From: Alphaproteobacteria bacterium
Lineage (GTDB): Bacteria > Pseudomonadota > Alphaproteobacteria > SP197
Length of the DNA: 64,000 nucleotides
Reading direction: 5' to 3'
NCBI GenBank assembly: GCA_964291415.2
Contig: OZ219920.1
Coordinates: forward strand, 1,344,001 to 1,408,000
Below, one piece after another: positions 31,099 through 40,409 of this stretch (its first letter is position 1; the number at the start of each line of letters is the position of its first letter). The notes beneath the pieces are model-generated. The model did not search any database. It saw nothing but the letters and a program-made list of their open reading frames with translations, and had not been told where the DNA came from. The position numbers and the translations under genes are program-made.

Positions 31099-31286
31099 AC
31101 TTGAGCCGACCACCGACCCGGACCTGGCAATCTTCAAAGTTCCAGCAGAGAGGGCCGAACAGGGATGATCGGGAGGTCTTCGCCCTCTCAGGTCACCTGG
31201 CACCAGCCCGCGTGCACGTCCGTCAAACCCGAGCAAGAGCCATCAATCCGGGCACTCGACACAACTGCGATGCCGTTCACGGTTGC

Positions 31287-32537
31287 TCAGGACTCGCCCG
31301 TGTAGATCACCGAGCAAGGGCGGTCATGGTGGTTGAGAAGGCGGCAACTCTCCCGCGCCTGGTGTTCGCCGAGATTGAGAATGCGAACCCGGTAAAGCGT
31401 GGTGCCGTCCGTCTCGACGGTCGCCAGGACGGTCTCGCTGTCGCTGGCCAGCAGAGGCGCCAGAAAACGGCCGGTATCAGCGCTTGCCCGCACTGCGTTG
31501 TCGCGCTGGGCAAAGGCGCCCACCTGGATGGCCCAGCTGCGATCATCACCGGCGCTGCCTTCGTCAGCACCAACGCCCGGCGATCCGAGCCCGAGCGACT
31601 CCTCGAGGCTGGCAACAAGCGCATCATCATCAAGACCACTGTTGAGAGCGGCGGCAAACTGTGCCGCCACGTCGCGCCGCGGGTGCGACGTTGGCAGGGG
31701 CACAGTCCTGTCGACGGAAGCGGCCGTAACAAAGGCCTTGCGGACCAGGTCCGTCATCAGCCTGTCTCTTGAAATCCGGTCCTTGCCGCCAATCACGACG
31801 CCAACGATGCGCCTGCCGTCCACGACGGCCGACGCCGCGAGATTCCACCCGGCCGCTTTCGTGTATCCGGTCTTGATACCATCGACACCGTCGACTCTGC
31901 CCAGAAGCTTGTTGTGACTCCTGTAGGTCCTGTCGCCGTAGGTAAACGACCGGGAGGAGAAGAGAGGGTAGTACTCCGGAAAATCGAACTGCAGGCGCAG
32001 GGCCAGCACGGCCATGTCGCGCGCCGTCGATGTCATGCTACGGCGGTGCAGGCCCGAGGCGTTGGTGAAGACCGTGCGCCGCATGCCGAGTTCACGGGCC
32101 TTGTTCGTCATCATGGTCGTGAACCCCGCCTCACTGCCGCCAAGACCTTCGGCGACCGCCACGGCAACATCGTTGGCCGACTTGATGACGAGAGCCATGA
32201 TGGCGTCCTGGGCGGAGATCGAACCGCCTCTGGGAATGCCGAGTTTGGACGGCACCTGATCGCTCGCCTTGCGCGAGAAGGTAAACCGGGTGTCAAGCGT
32301 GATGGTGCCCTTCTCGAGTGCATCGAACACGAGATAGAGCGTCATCATCTTTGCCAGGGAGGCCGGGTACATCTCCTTGTCCGGCTTGCGCTGGGCGAGC
32401 ACATTGCCGTTGGTGGCATCAATCACGAAGTATGTCGTTTCCTTGGCAGCCTCGGCGTCCGTCACACCCGCCAAGAAGCCAAGCACAAGACCTGCCAGAA
32501 GGCACCGGGTGCGGCGAACAGGAACACGACCGGCCAT
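31287..32537 (-). CDS. D-alanyl-D-alanine carboxypeptidase (peptidase S11) with C-terminal SPOR domain
   Basis: PASLAKMMT (SxxK), KSAND (SxN), GIKTGY (KTG), WAIQVGAF...YRVRI; signal peptide; start approximate. Confidence 0.9.
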   Translation of the reverse strand: MAGRVPVRRTRCLLAGLVLGFLAGVTDAEAAKETTYFVIDATNGNVLAQRKPDKEMYPASLAKMMTLYLVFDALEKGTITLDTRFTFSRKASDQVPSKLGIPRGGSISAQDAIMALVIKSANDVAVAVAEGLGGSEAGFTTMMTNKARELGMRRTVFTNASGLHRRSMTSTARDMAVLALRLQFDFPEYYPLFSSRSFTYGDRTYRSHNKLLGRVDGVDGIKTGYTKAAGWNLAASAVVDGRRIVGVVIGGKDRISRDRLMTDLVRKAFVTAASVDRTVPLPTSHPRRDVAAQFAAALNSGLDDDALVASLEESLGLGSPGVGADEGSAGDDRSWAIQVGAFAQRDNAVRASADTGRFLAPLLASDSETVLATVETDGTTLYRVRILNLGEHQARESCRLLNHHDRPCSVIYTGES

Positions 32538-32775
32538 CAACAATCCCCTGATGCTTGGCTCTGGCTCATTACAGACGATGACGCGTGCCAGTCCAGCAAT
32601 TCTTCCACAGATCCTGGAGCCGAACCAAGACGGCGAACGGAATGAACCATACCGAGGGGGTTTGCTGAACAATTCAGGCAATGCACCCTGCATGTAGTGT
32701 TCATCTCGCACCGGTCAAACTCGCGGGATCCGGATATCCATCCACAGGCCCGGCCTTGCCTGAAAGCAACGGATA

Positions 32776-34194
32776 TCAACTGGCAGCTCGTCCCGCCGCG
32801 GGCCATGAAGACAGGGTCGGGAAACGTTCCTGGTAGGCGGCGCCAGCTCTCAGGGCGAGCGCATCGGCCTGGCGACGTGCCACGATCTGCAGGCCCACCG
32901 GCAGTCCGTCTTCGGTAAATCCGCACGGCACCGACAGAGCCGGTTGTCCCGTAAGATTGAACGGCCAGGTGAACGGCGTCCACGTGTACCAGCGTTCATG
33001 AGGCCAGCCTGACGGCACCTCTAGGCCCACCTCGAATGCGCAAATCGGCAGGGTGGGCGTCACGAGAAGGTCAAAGCGTTCAAGGAGCGCACCGACATCC
33101 GCCGAGTAGCGCATGCGTGCCCGCTCGGCCTCGACAAGGTCAACCGCCCTGAAGGCCTCACCCTCGGCGGCGATCCTGGTGAGGCCATAGTCAAGAAACC
33201 GGCGCCGATGCCGGCTCTGGGTACGGATGGCCGCAGCGGAGGCGGCATACCACAGGGTGCGGAAGGCTTCCTCCGCCTTCGGCACGTCGAAGTCGATTTC
33301 CTCGATCTCCATGCCGAGATCGCCCAGACCTCGTACCGCCTGATCCACCACCTCACCGACGGCGGGAGTCACCCTGATGTGGCCGAGGTCCCGACTGTAG
33401 GCAACCCTCAGACCGGCCACGGTACACCGTGTCTGTGCAAGATGGTCGATCCCATCATCGGCCAGCGACCACGGGTCGCGTGAATCGGGTTTGCCGATCA
33501 CGTCGAGAAGAAGGGCGGCATCACTCACGGTCCGGGCCATCGGTCCGACGTGGGACAACGTGCCATAGAGGCCCGGTGGCCACGCCGCCACCCTGCCGAA
33601 GGTCGGCTTGAAGCCGACAATGCCGCAAAACGATGCCGGAATGCGCACCGAACCCCCACCGTCCGTGCCAAGAGCCAGGGGACCGACACCGCAGGCAACG
33701 GCCGCCGCGGCACCGCCGCTCGAACCGCCCGGTGTCATGCGCAGGTTCCAGGGGTTGCGCGTCTGTCCGTAAAGCGGACTGTCGGTGACGCCCTTCCAGC
33801 CCATCTCCGGGGTCGTCGTCATGCCGATGAAGAGGGCGCCGGATTCGCGCAGGCGGGCGACGGCAGGGGCATCAGCCGTCCACGGCTGTCTGGCATCCAC
33901 CGCTTTCGAACCCATGCGCGTCGGCCAGCCCCTGATTCTGAGGACGTCCTTGACGCTTGTCGGCACACCGTCGAGAGGACCGAGTGGAGCGCCCGCCGCC
34001 CAGCGCTCTTCCGATGCGACTGCCGCCGCCCGGAATGCCTCGTCGTCCCGATGGCAGAAGGCATTGAGATTGCCATCCACGTCCTCGAGGCGCTCGAGCA
34101 CGGCATCGGCCACCTCGACGGGTGACAGGTCACGGGCCCGGTAGTGCCGGACGAGGTCGACCGCTGTCAGCCGATGCAGGTCCTCAGCCGGCAT
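32776..34194 (-). CDS. Amidase-signature family amidase
   Basis: PLDGVPTSVKD, GGSSGG, GTDGGGSVRIPA (Ser-cisSer-Lys triad); start overlaps the upstream stop (TGATG). Confidence 0.92.
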   Translation of the reverse strand: MPAEDLHRLTAVDLVRHYRARDLSPVEVADAVLERLEDVDGNLNAFCHRDDEAFRAAAVASEERWAAGAPLGPLDGVPTSVKDVLRIRGWPTRMGSKAVDARQPWTADAPAVARLRESGALFIGMTTTPEMGWKGVTDSPLYGQTRNPWNLRMTPGGSSGGAAAAVACGVGPLALGTDGGGSVRIPASFCGIVGFKPTFGRVAAWPPGLYGTLSHVGPMARTVSDAALLLDVIGKPDSRDPWSLADDGIDHLAQTRCTVAGLRVAYSRDLGHIRVTPAVGEVVDQAVRGLGDLGMEIEEIDFDVPKAEEAFRTLWYAASAAAIRTQSRHRRRFLDYGLTRIAAEGEAFRAVDLVEAERARMRYSADVGALLERFDLLVTPTLPICAFEVGLEVPSGWPHERWYTWTPFTWPFNLTGQPALSVPCGFTEDGLPVGLQIVARRQADALALRAGAAYQERFPTLSSWPAAGRAAS

Positions 34195-35030
34195 CACGCG
34201 AATTCCAGTTTCGCCGATGTTGTCAGACCGCCTGACGAATCCTCGATCCACAGCCTGAGTTCACCGCCGGCCTCCGGCTTCCCGCAGACAAGGAAGGGGC
34301 GAGGAGCGAAGAGTGGCGCCATCCCGCGGTAGCGGAAGTGCCTGATGCGACGTTCAGGAAATGTCCTTTCCGCGAGGTCAAGCAGCAAGAGCGCCTGCAT
34401 CGGCCCGTGAACGACGAGATCTGGATAGTCTTCCTCGTTGCGGCAGTACTCGACGTCGTAGTGAATTCGATGAGCATTGAACGTGAGCGCGGAAAATCGG
34501 AACAGCAGCACCGGGTCGGCGACAACGCTGCGCTGCCAGGCCGCGTCCTGCGGCGGGGCCACACGCCGTGCCTCTCCGGAGGCTCCGGGTTCATCGCGGA
34601 ACACGAGGTTGCGAACCTCGATGACGGCGTCCCCGTCTTCCTGGGCGACACGGTGTTCCATTGTGACAAAGCACAGGTCTCCGGAACGCCCCTTCTTCCT
34701 CTCCACTGAGGTGATGGTAACCGTCTGGCGAGCCGATCGGCCAAGAACCAGATCGCGCTCGAAGGTGAACGAGCCGCCGGCCCACATCCTGCGGGGAAGC
34801 CCTGTGTCCGGAATGAACTCGCCCGGGGTCGTGCGCCCGTCTCGGCCAATGAGGGATGTTGGTGGACAGTCAAGAAAATAGAGCAGGGTCCAGCCGCAGG
34901 GGAGCCGGGCGCCTTTCGTGAGATTGGCGTCATCCCTGTCGAAGGTGGCGGCAAGGTGACGGGCAGGTGTCACGCCCAGCACGTCCATCGATTCCCGGGT
35001 CTTTCCGACGGAATCGGAGGGTGTGGCCAT
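34194..35030 (-). CDS. MaoC/HTD2-like acyl-CoA dehydratase (mesaconyl-C4-CoA/itaconyl-CoA hydratase-like)
   Basis: PRRMWAGG, KxGRSG.L.FV, LFRFSALTFNAHRIHYD, LVVHGP; start re-picked at MATPSD. Confidence 0.88.
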   Translation of the reverse strand: MATPSDSVGKTRESMDVLGVTPARHLAATFDRDDANLTKGARLPCGWTLLYFLDCPPTSLIGRDGRTTPGEFIPDTGLPRRMWAGGSFTFERDLVLGRSARQTVTITSVERKKGRSGDLCFVTMEHRVAQEDGDAVIEVRNLVFRDEPGASGEARRVAPPQDAAWQRSVVADPVLLFRFSALTFNAHRIHYDVEYCRNEEDYPDLVVHGPMQALLLLDLAERTFPERRIRHFRYRGMAPLFAPRPFLVCGKPEAGGELRLWIEDSSGGLTTSAKLEFA

Positions 35031-35105
35031 CGCGCGTTCTCCCTTGTGAAGCCTCTCCTCTTGCCACATGTTGCCGCCCGGAACCATCCACCGGGCGAGA
35101 GCGAC

Positions 35106-35741
35106 GTGACTGACTTCTTCGATCCGACAGATCCTGCCCAGCTCTCCGCATTCCTGTCCATCATCGTCATCGACATCGTCATGTCCGGCGACAATGCCAT
35201 CGTCATCGGCATGGCGGTGGCGGGCCTGCCCCCCGCCATGCGGCGCAGGGCCATCGTATTCGGAATCGCCGCAGCCACCATCCTGCGCATCTGCTTCGCC
35301 CTGATCGTGGTTGAACTGCTGAGCATCGTCGGCCTTCTCCTCGTTGGCGGCCTGCTGCTCGCATGGGTGTGCTGGCGCATGTGGCGTGACATTCGCGGCG
35401 GCCAGCTCACCCGCCATCCCGAGCCCATGCCGACAATGCGCGCCACCGACACGGACCGTAAACCGACAACCATCCGTCACGCCCTGACGCTGATCGTCGT
35501 CGCCGACTTATCCATGTCACTCGACAACGTGCTCGCTGTCGGAGGTGCCGCGCACGGATACCACGTCCTCCTGGTTTTCGGCCTCGTCCTTTCCATCATC
35601 CTGATGGCCGTGGCGGCGAACTTCATCGCCAGGCTTCTCCATCGCCATCACTGGATCGCCTACATCGGTCTCGCGGTGTTGCTGTGGGTCACCGGCGACA
35701 TGATCTGGCGAGGATCCATGCAGGTTGTCGATCACCTGTGA
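35106..35741 (+). CDS. TerC/YjbE family membrane protein
   Basis: IDIVMSGDNAIVI, ADLSMSLDNVLAV; GTG start at 35106. Confidence 0.9.
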   Translation: MTDFFDPTDPAQLSAFLSIIVIDIVMSGDNAIVIGMAVAGLPPAMRRRAIVFGIAAATILRICFALIVVELLSIVGLLLVGGLLLAWVCWRMWRDIRGGQLTRHPEPMPTMRATDTDRKPTTIRHALTLIVVADLSMSLDNVLAVGGAAHGYHVLLVFGLVLSIILMAVAANFIARLLHRHHWIAYIGLAVLLWVTGDMIWRGSMQVVDHL

Positions 35742-35779
35742 TGCCAGCCGTTCCCGGACCTGCGCATCCGCCGGCCGCG

Positions 35780-37090
35780 TCATTCAAGATGGCCGAGACC
35801 AACACCGTGATAGGCAAAACCGGCATCGATGATGTCCGAGGCGCTGTACATGTTGCGCAAATCGATCATGAGAGGCTGGTTCAGGACCGACCTGAGTCGT
35901 GCGAGGTCGAGCGACCGGAACTCGTTCCACTCCGTGACAATGACAATGGCATCGGCTCCCGCTGCCGCCTCGTAGGGACCGGTGCAGGTCACCAGCCCTT
36001 TCATGGTCTTGCTGGCGGCCCCCATGGCCACCGGATCGAAGGCTCTCACCCCCACACCGCGGTCGAGGAGTTCCGATGCGATGGCGAGACTCGGCGATTC
36101 GCGGATGTCGTCCGTGTCCGGCTTGAAACTCAGACCGAGGAGCGCCACGGTCTTCCCTCTGGTGCCATCAAGCAAGGACACGATGCGCTGGGCCATCGAA
36201 CGCTTGCGGTCGGCGTTGGCGGCGATCACCGCCTCGACGATGGTGAGCGGTGTACCGCTCTCCCTTGCCCCGCCGGCGAGCGCCAGCGTGTCCTTGGGAA
36301 AGCAGCTGCCTCCGTAGCCCGGTCCGGGATGGAGAAACCGGTCGCCGATTCGGCCATCGAGACCGATTCCACGGGCCACATCCAGGACATTGGCGCCAAC
36401 ACTCTCGCAGTAGTCGGCCATCTCGTTGATGAAGGCGATCTTGGTCGCGAGGAAGCTGTTGGCAGCGTACTTGATAAGCTCTGCCGTCTCCCGTGACGTA
36501 TGCAGGATCGGCGTGCGTTCAAAGAAGAGGGGACTGTAGATCTCGTCCATCAGACGCGCCGCCCGCTCGCGCTCGCTGCCAACGATGATTCGATCCGGAC
36601 GCAGAAAGTCCCTCACGGCCGAACCTTCCCGCAGGAACTCCGGATTGGAGACGACGTCGAACTCCGCGCGGGGCCGTATCCGTCTCATCGCCTCCTCGAC
36701 CCGGCGACCGGTACCGACGGGGACAGTCGACTTGGTGACGATCACGCTGTAGCGCTCGATGACCCGCGCCACTTCCTCGGCGGCGCTGAACAGGAAGCTG
36801 AGGTCCGCCTTGCCATTGCCGCGATGGCCCGGTGTTCCAACAGCGATGAAGATGGCGTCAGACTCCATGACCGACGGCGCAAGTTCCGTCGTGAACGTCA
36901 GGCGGCCCGCTTCGGTGTTGCGGCCTACAAGCCGCGGCAGGCCGGGTTCGTAGATGGGCACCTCACCCGACTGCAGGCGGGCAACCCGCCCTTCATCCCG
37001 ATCGACACAGACGACGTCGATGCCGAATTCAGAAAAGCAGGCGCCCGACACCAGTCCGACATAGCCGGCACCCACCATGGTGATGCGCAT
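35780..37090 (-). CDS. ugd: UDP-glucose 6-dehydrogenase
   Basis: GAGYVG, PIYEPGL, KSTVPVG, SNPEFLREG, GYGGSCFPKD, FKPDTDD. Confidence 0.95.
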   Translation of the reverse strand: MRITMVGAGYVGLVSGACFSEFGIDVVCVDRDEGRVARLQSGEVPIYEPGLPRLVGRNTEAGRLTFTTELAPSVMESDAIFIAVGTPGHRGNGKADLSFLFSAAEEVARVIERYSVIVTKSTVPVGTGRRVEEAMRRIRPRAEFDVVSNPEFLREGSAVRDFLRPDRIIVGSERERAARLMDEIYSPLFFERTPILHTSRETAELIKYAANSFLATKIAFINEMADYCESVGANVLDVARGIGLDGRIGDRFLHPGPGYGGSCFPKDTLALAGGARESGTPLTIVEAVIAANADRKRSMAQRIVSLLDGTRGKTVALLGLSFKPDTDDIRESPSLAIASELLDRGVGVRAFDPVAMGAASKTMKGLVTCTGPYEAAAGADAIVIVTEWNEFRSLDLARLRSVLNQPLMIDLRNMYSASDIIDAGFAYHGVGLGHLE

Positions 37091-37157
37091 TGCTCAAGAA
37101 TCCCGTCAGGCTGTTACAGGGAGAGCACATACAGCAAACCGCGGGCCTGCGTCATCG

Positions 37158-37592
37158 TCAGCGCCCAGCCATCAGCACGTCCCTTGCCTCGTTGATCCGC
37201 CGGGCGAACCAGGCGGAGCCGCCCTTGTCGGGATGATGCTCGGCCATCATCCGGCGGTAGGCTTCGGTGATCGTCCTTTCGTCGGCATCAGCCGCAACAC
37301 CAAGGATCTCGGCGGCTTCGGCGACGCTCATGGTGGACGCGGAAGGACGTGGCCCGGCGTGAAATCCACGCGGTCTCTTCCAGGGAAAGAGCAGTGGAAA
37401 CAGCATGAGACCGGCCATCAGTGCGGCGCGGAACTGCCCCGTGGCCGCCAGCGTGGCAATACCGGCAACAATCGCCGCCGTGAGGATCCACTTGATCCAG
37501 CGCAGCACGGTTGATGCACGTGCGTTGACGCCGATCCAGGCCAGTGCCCAGATCAGGAGTACCCCGCCAATTGCCGCAAGCAACCAGTTCAC
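37158..37592 (-). CDS. Membrane-anchored J-domain protein (Pam18/TimB-like)
   Basis: Hydrophobic N-terminal segments then MSVAEAAEILGV...HHPDKGGS...INEARDVL. Confidence 0.85.
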   Translation of the reverse strand: MNWLLAAIGGVLLIWALAWIGVNARASTVLRWIKWILTAAIVAGIATLAATGQFRAALMAGLMLFPLLFPWKRPRGFHAGPRPSASTMSVAEAAEILGVAADADERTITEAYRRMMAEHHPDKGGSAWFARRINEARDVLMAGR

Positions 37593-37599
37593 GGCAACA

Positions 37600-38073
37600 T
37601 CATCCGCGATCGCGCATCAGGCGTTCCTTCTGGCGTTTCCACTCCCGTTCCCGGATTGCTGCCCGCTTGTCATGTGCATGCTTGCCCCTCCCCAGTCCGA
37701 GCTCGACCTTGGCCACGCCCCTGGGGTTGAAGTAGATGCTGAGTGGAACAAGCGTGTAACCGCGGCGGCTGACAGCACCGGCCAGCCTTTCGATCTCCCG
37801 GCGGTGAAGAAGCAGCTTGCGCGGCCGTTCGGGCTCATGATTGTCGCGGCCCGCCTGTTGCCAGGGCGAGATATGACAGTCCTCGAGCCAGATTTCCCGG
37901 TCCCGTTCCCTGGCGAAGGCCCCGTTGATGTTGGCGCGACCAGCGCGCAGCGACTGTGTCTCGCTTCCGGTCAGAACGATTCCCGCCTCGATCCGGTCCT
38001 CGATGGCATAGTCGCGGAATGCCTTGCGGTTGCGGGCAACAGTGGTTCCCGCCGGAATGCTCTTGCCCGCCAT
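37600..38073 (-). CDS. smpB: SsrA-binding protein
   Basis: NRKA, EAGIVLTGSE, RKLLLH, GKHAHDKR. Confidence 0.96.
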   Translation of the reverse strand: MAGKSIPAGTTVARNRKAFRDYAIEDRIEAGIVLTGSETQSLRAGRANINGAFARERDREIWLEDCHISPWQQAGRDNHEPERPRKLLLHRREIERLAGAVSRRGYTLVPLSIYFNPRGVAKVELGLGRGKHAHDKRAAIREREWKRQKERLMRDRG

Positions 38074-38081
38074 TGCACGTG

Positions 38082-38969
38082 TCAGGCGAGAACCCCGGCC
38101 TGCCTCATGGCATCCCTCACCCTGGCCTTGGTCGCCTCCGCCGGAGGCGCCAGGGGCAGACGCACGGAGCCGTCGCCCCAGCCGAGCAGGCTGGCCGCGT
38201 ACTTGACGGGCCCGGGACTGGTTTCGCTGAACAGCGCCTCATGGAGCGGCATGAGCTGGTCCTGGATGTCCCGGGCCTCTTCGAAATCGCCGCCCTGCCA
38301 TGCCTCGTGCATTCTGGCGCAGAGTGCCGGTGCCACGTTGGCCGTCACGGAAATGCAACCGTGCCCGCCCATGCCGAGAAGTCCGATGACCGCGGCGTCC
38401 TCACCCGACATCTGGATGAACTCCCTGCCGCAGAGCCAGCGCTGCTTGGAGGCCCTGTCGGCAGCCGCCGTCGATTCCTTGCAGCCGACAACGTTGGAGA
38501 GCCCGGCAATGCGCTGCATCGTCAACGGCTCGATGTCGACGCCTGTCCGTCCAGGAATGTTGTAGACAACGATGGGTATGTCGACGGCATCGTTGACCGC
38601 CTCGAAATGGCCGAAGAGGCCTTCCTGGGTCGGCTTGTTGTAGTAACCGGTGACGATCAGCGCGGCATCCGCACCCGCCTCCCGCGCATGACGCGTCAGC
38701 ATGATGCACTCGGCCGTGGAGTTCGAACCGGTTCCGGCCAGCACCGGAACGCGTCCTGCCGCAGCCTCGACGGCGAGGCGCACCACATGCATGTCCTCAT
38801 CGTGGGACAACGTCGGCGATTCGCCTGTCGTACCCATGGCCAGCACGCCGTGGGTTCCCTGGGCAATCTGCCAGTCGATGAAGTCCTGATATCCCTTGTC
38901 GTCGATCTTGCCATCGCGGAACAGCGTGACGAGTGCGACAAAGGAACCCTTCAGCTTCGCGGTGATCAT
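38082..38969 (-). CDS. dapA: 4-hydroxy-tetrahydrodipicolinate synthase
   Basis: GTTGESPTL, YYNKPTQ, YNIPGRT, GCKE (Schiff-base Lys), ISVTANVAP; upstream of smpB. Confidence 0.94.
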   Translation of the reverse strand: MITAKLKGSFVALVTLFRDGKIDDKGYQDFIDWQIAQGTHGVLAMGTTGESPTLSHDEDMHVVRLAVEAAAGRVPVLAGTGSNSTAECIMLTRHAREAGADAALIVTGYYNKPTQEGLFGHFEAVNDAVDIPIVVYNIPGRTGVDIEPLTMQRIAGLSNVVGCKESTAAADRASKQRWLCGREFIQMSGEDAAVIGLLGMGGHGCISVTANVAPALCARMHEAWQGGDFEEARDIQDQLMPLHEALFSETSPGPVKYAASLLGWGDGSVRLPLAPPAEATKARVRDAMRQAGVLA

Positions 38970-39041
38970 GACAGTTTCCAGATCGGCTCTCCCATGGAGA
39001 CTAGTCCCCACGCGGGGCCGGGACAAGAGGAACCCGCCCGT

Positions 39042-40259
39042 TCAGGCCTGGGCAACTCCCCAGATTTCGACAGTGTTTTCCGGAGAATGCATCATCGGTT
39101 TGGGCACCAGCGTGACCGGCGGCAAGGTGCCTCCCACGGTGTCGAGCAGGGTGTCGAGAAAGGCTCGTGTGTCGGCGGCGCCGGTTGACGTGTAGTAGCA
39201 GACCATCAGCTTGAGATCCGACGGACCCCGGTCGAAACCCCTCAGCAGGTCCTCCACAAACGACATGGTGAATCGTGTCTGCGCCACGAGGTCGCCGGGC
39301 ATCACGCGTCCACCGTCGTTGGTGAAGGGCGTGTGAGGCACCTGCCCGCCCAGCCAGATCATGTCACGCAGGCAAATGGCCTGCCTGTAGGGCAAGGGTA
39401 TGGGCCAGTCCCAGACGCGATCCGGCCAGACATCCAGGCGCGGGATGTATTTGTCGAAACTGCCGCGGCGGCCCCGCATCGCCAGGACGCCGATCTTGGT
39501 GCGCGCTCCTTCCGGATGAAGCCGGTGGCATGGCACCACGGTTGCCGGCGGGCCCGGCTCCCGGAAATGACTGGCGCGCGCACGTGCCAGGGGCGCCCAG
39601 TCCTCGAGGCTGGTGCCGAAGTAGTAGCCCTCCATCTTGACGCTGTCCTGGAGCGATGCTCCCAGTTCGTCCAGAGTCCGCTCGTGCATGGCCATGACGG
39701 CGTGGCTCTGTTCGACGGGATCCGCCGACAGGATCCGGCCGTCGTCATCGACCGCCGTACGGTTGGCCACGGCGATGAACTCCCCCGCTCTCAGGCCCGC
39801 CGTGACTTTTTCGAGACCAACCCTCTCCCGCGCCGGCGCCGGGACTGGTTGGTGACAGTAGCGGGCATCGGCATTCCCGCGCCAGCCGCGGCAGGCGATC
39901 GCCTGCACCTGGATGACCTGACCTTCAAAGGGTTGCAGCGGTTCGGGCACGGTGCTGATTGCCGGCAGCGGATCGCCCGGCAGCTGCCGCGCCAGGGCGG
40001 CGATGACATCCCAGTCACCGACGTCGGCCGTGTAGTAGGCCTTGATGCGCACCACATCCTCCAGCGTGCAGAATTCCGTGGCGAGGGCTTCCTCGATGGC
40101 GCGAATGGCGCCGGCGACCTGGGCAACAAGATCCTCCGGGTTCCGTATTGTCCCCGTCGCATCAAAATCGCCGGCGCCACCAACAAACGTCAGTGGCCCG
40201 GCACTGGCTGACTGGTGGTGTGTCGCCACACCGGGCAAGGTCCAGATTCTGTCAGACAC
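39042..40259 (-). CDS. Three-domain Rid/YjgF-family protein, function unknown
   Basis: Three ~130-aa units, each with a D..AQ/EQ helix, DVVRI/DSVKM/DLKLM..YY strand and a P(A/P)xxxVP turn; last unit has WLGGQV and VEIWGVA. Confidence 0.75.
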   Translation of the reverse strand: MSDRIWTLPGVATHHQSASAGPLTFVGGAGDFDATGTIRNPEDLVAQVAGAIRAIEEALATEFCTLEDVVRIKAYYTADVGDWDVIAALARQLPGDPLPAISTVPEPLQPFEGQVIQVQAIACRGWRGNADARYCHQPVPAPARERVGLEKVTAGLRAGEFIAVANRTAVDDDGRILSADPVEQSHAVMAMHERTLDELGASLQDSVKMEGYYFGTSLEDWAPLARARASHFREPGPPATVVPCHRLHPEGARTKIGVLAMRGRRGSFDKYIPRLDVWPDRVWDWPIPLPYRQAICLRDMIWLGGQVPHTPFTNDGGRVMPGDLVAQTRFTMSFVEDLLRGFDRGPSDLKLMVCYYTSTGAADTRAFLDTLLDTVGGTLPPVTLVPKPMMHSPENTVEIWGVAQA

Positions 40260-40409
40260 GCCTCGTTCCCCTCATCGCCTGGTTCACCTGCCCCATCATC
40301 TCAGAAGCCTTTCCGCAAGGGCAAGACCGGGCGTTCGACATCTCTTTGGCATCGCGCGCTTGCGGTGAATGGGGTAAGAGTGAGCGCGAATGGAACAGGG
40401 CGGGCGTCG

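Noticed and set aside
31145-31195. GAGAG-GCCGAA...CTCTCAGG, reminiscent of a glycine riboswitch aptamer
   Set aside because: It lacks the P2 stem and a second aptamer and lies between convergent genes; likely a simple GAGAGGGC/GCCCTCTC hairpin.
37600-38073. Possible tmRNA, tRNA or integrated element next to smpB
   Set aside because: Flanking gaps are under 10 nt and no tRNA-like or integrase sequence is visible.
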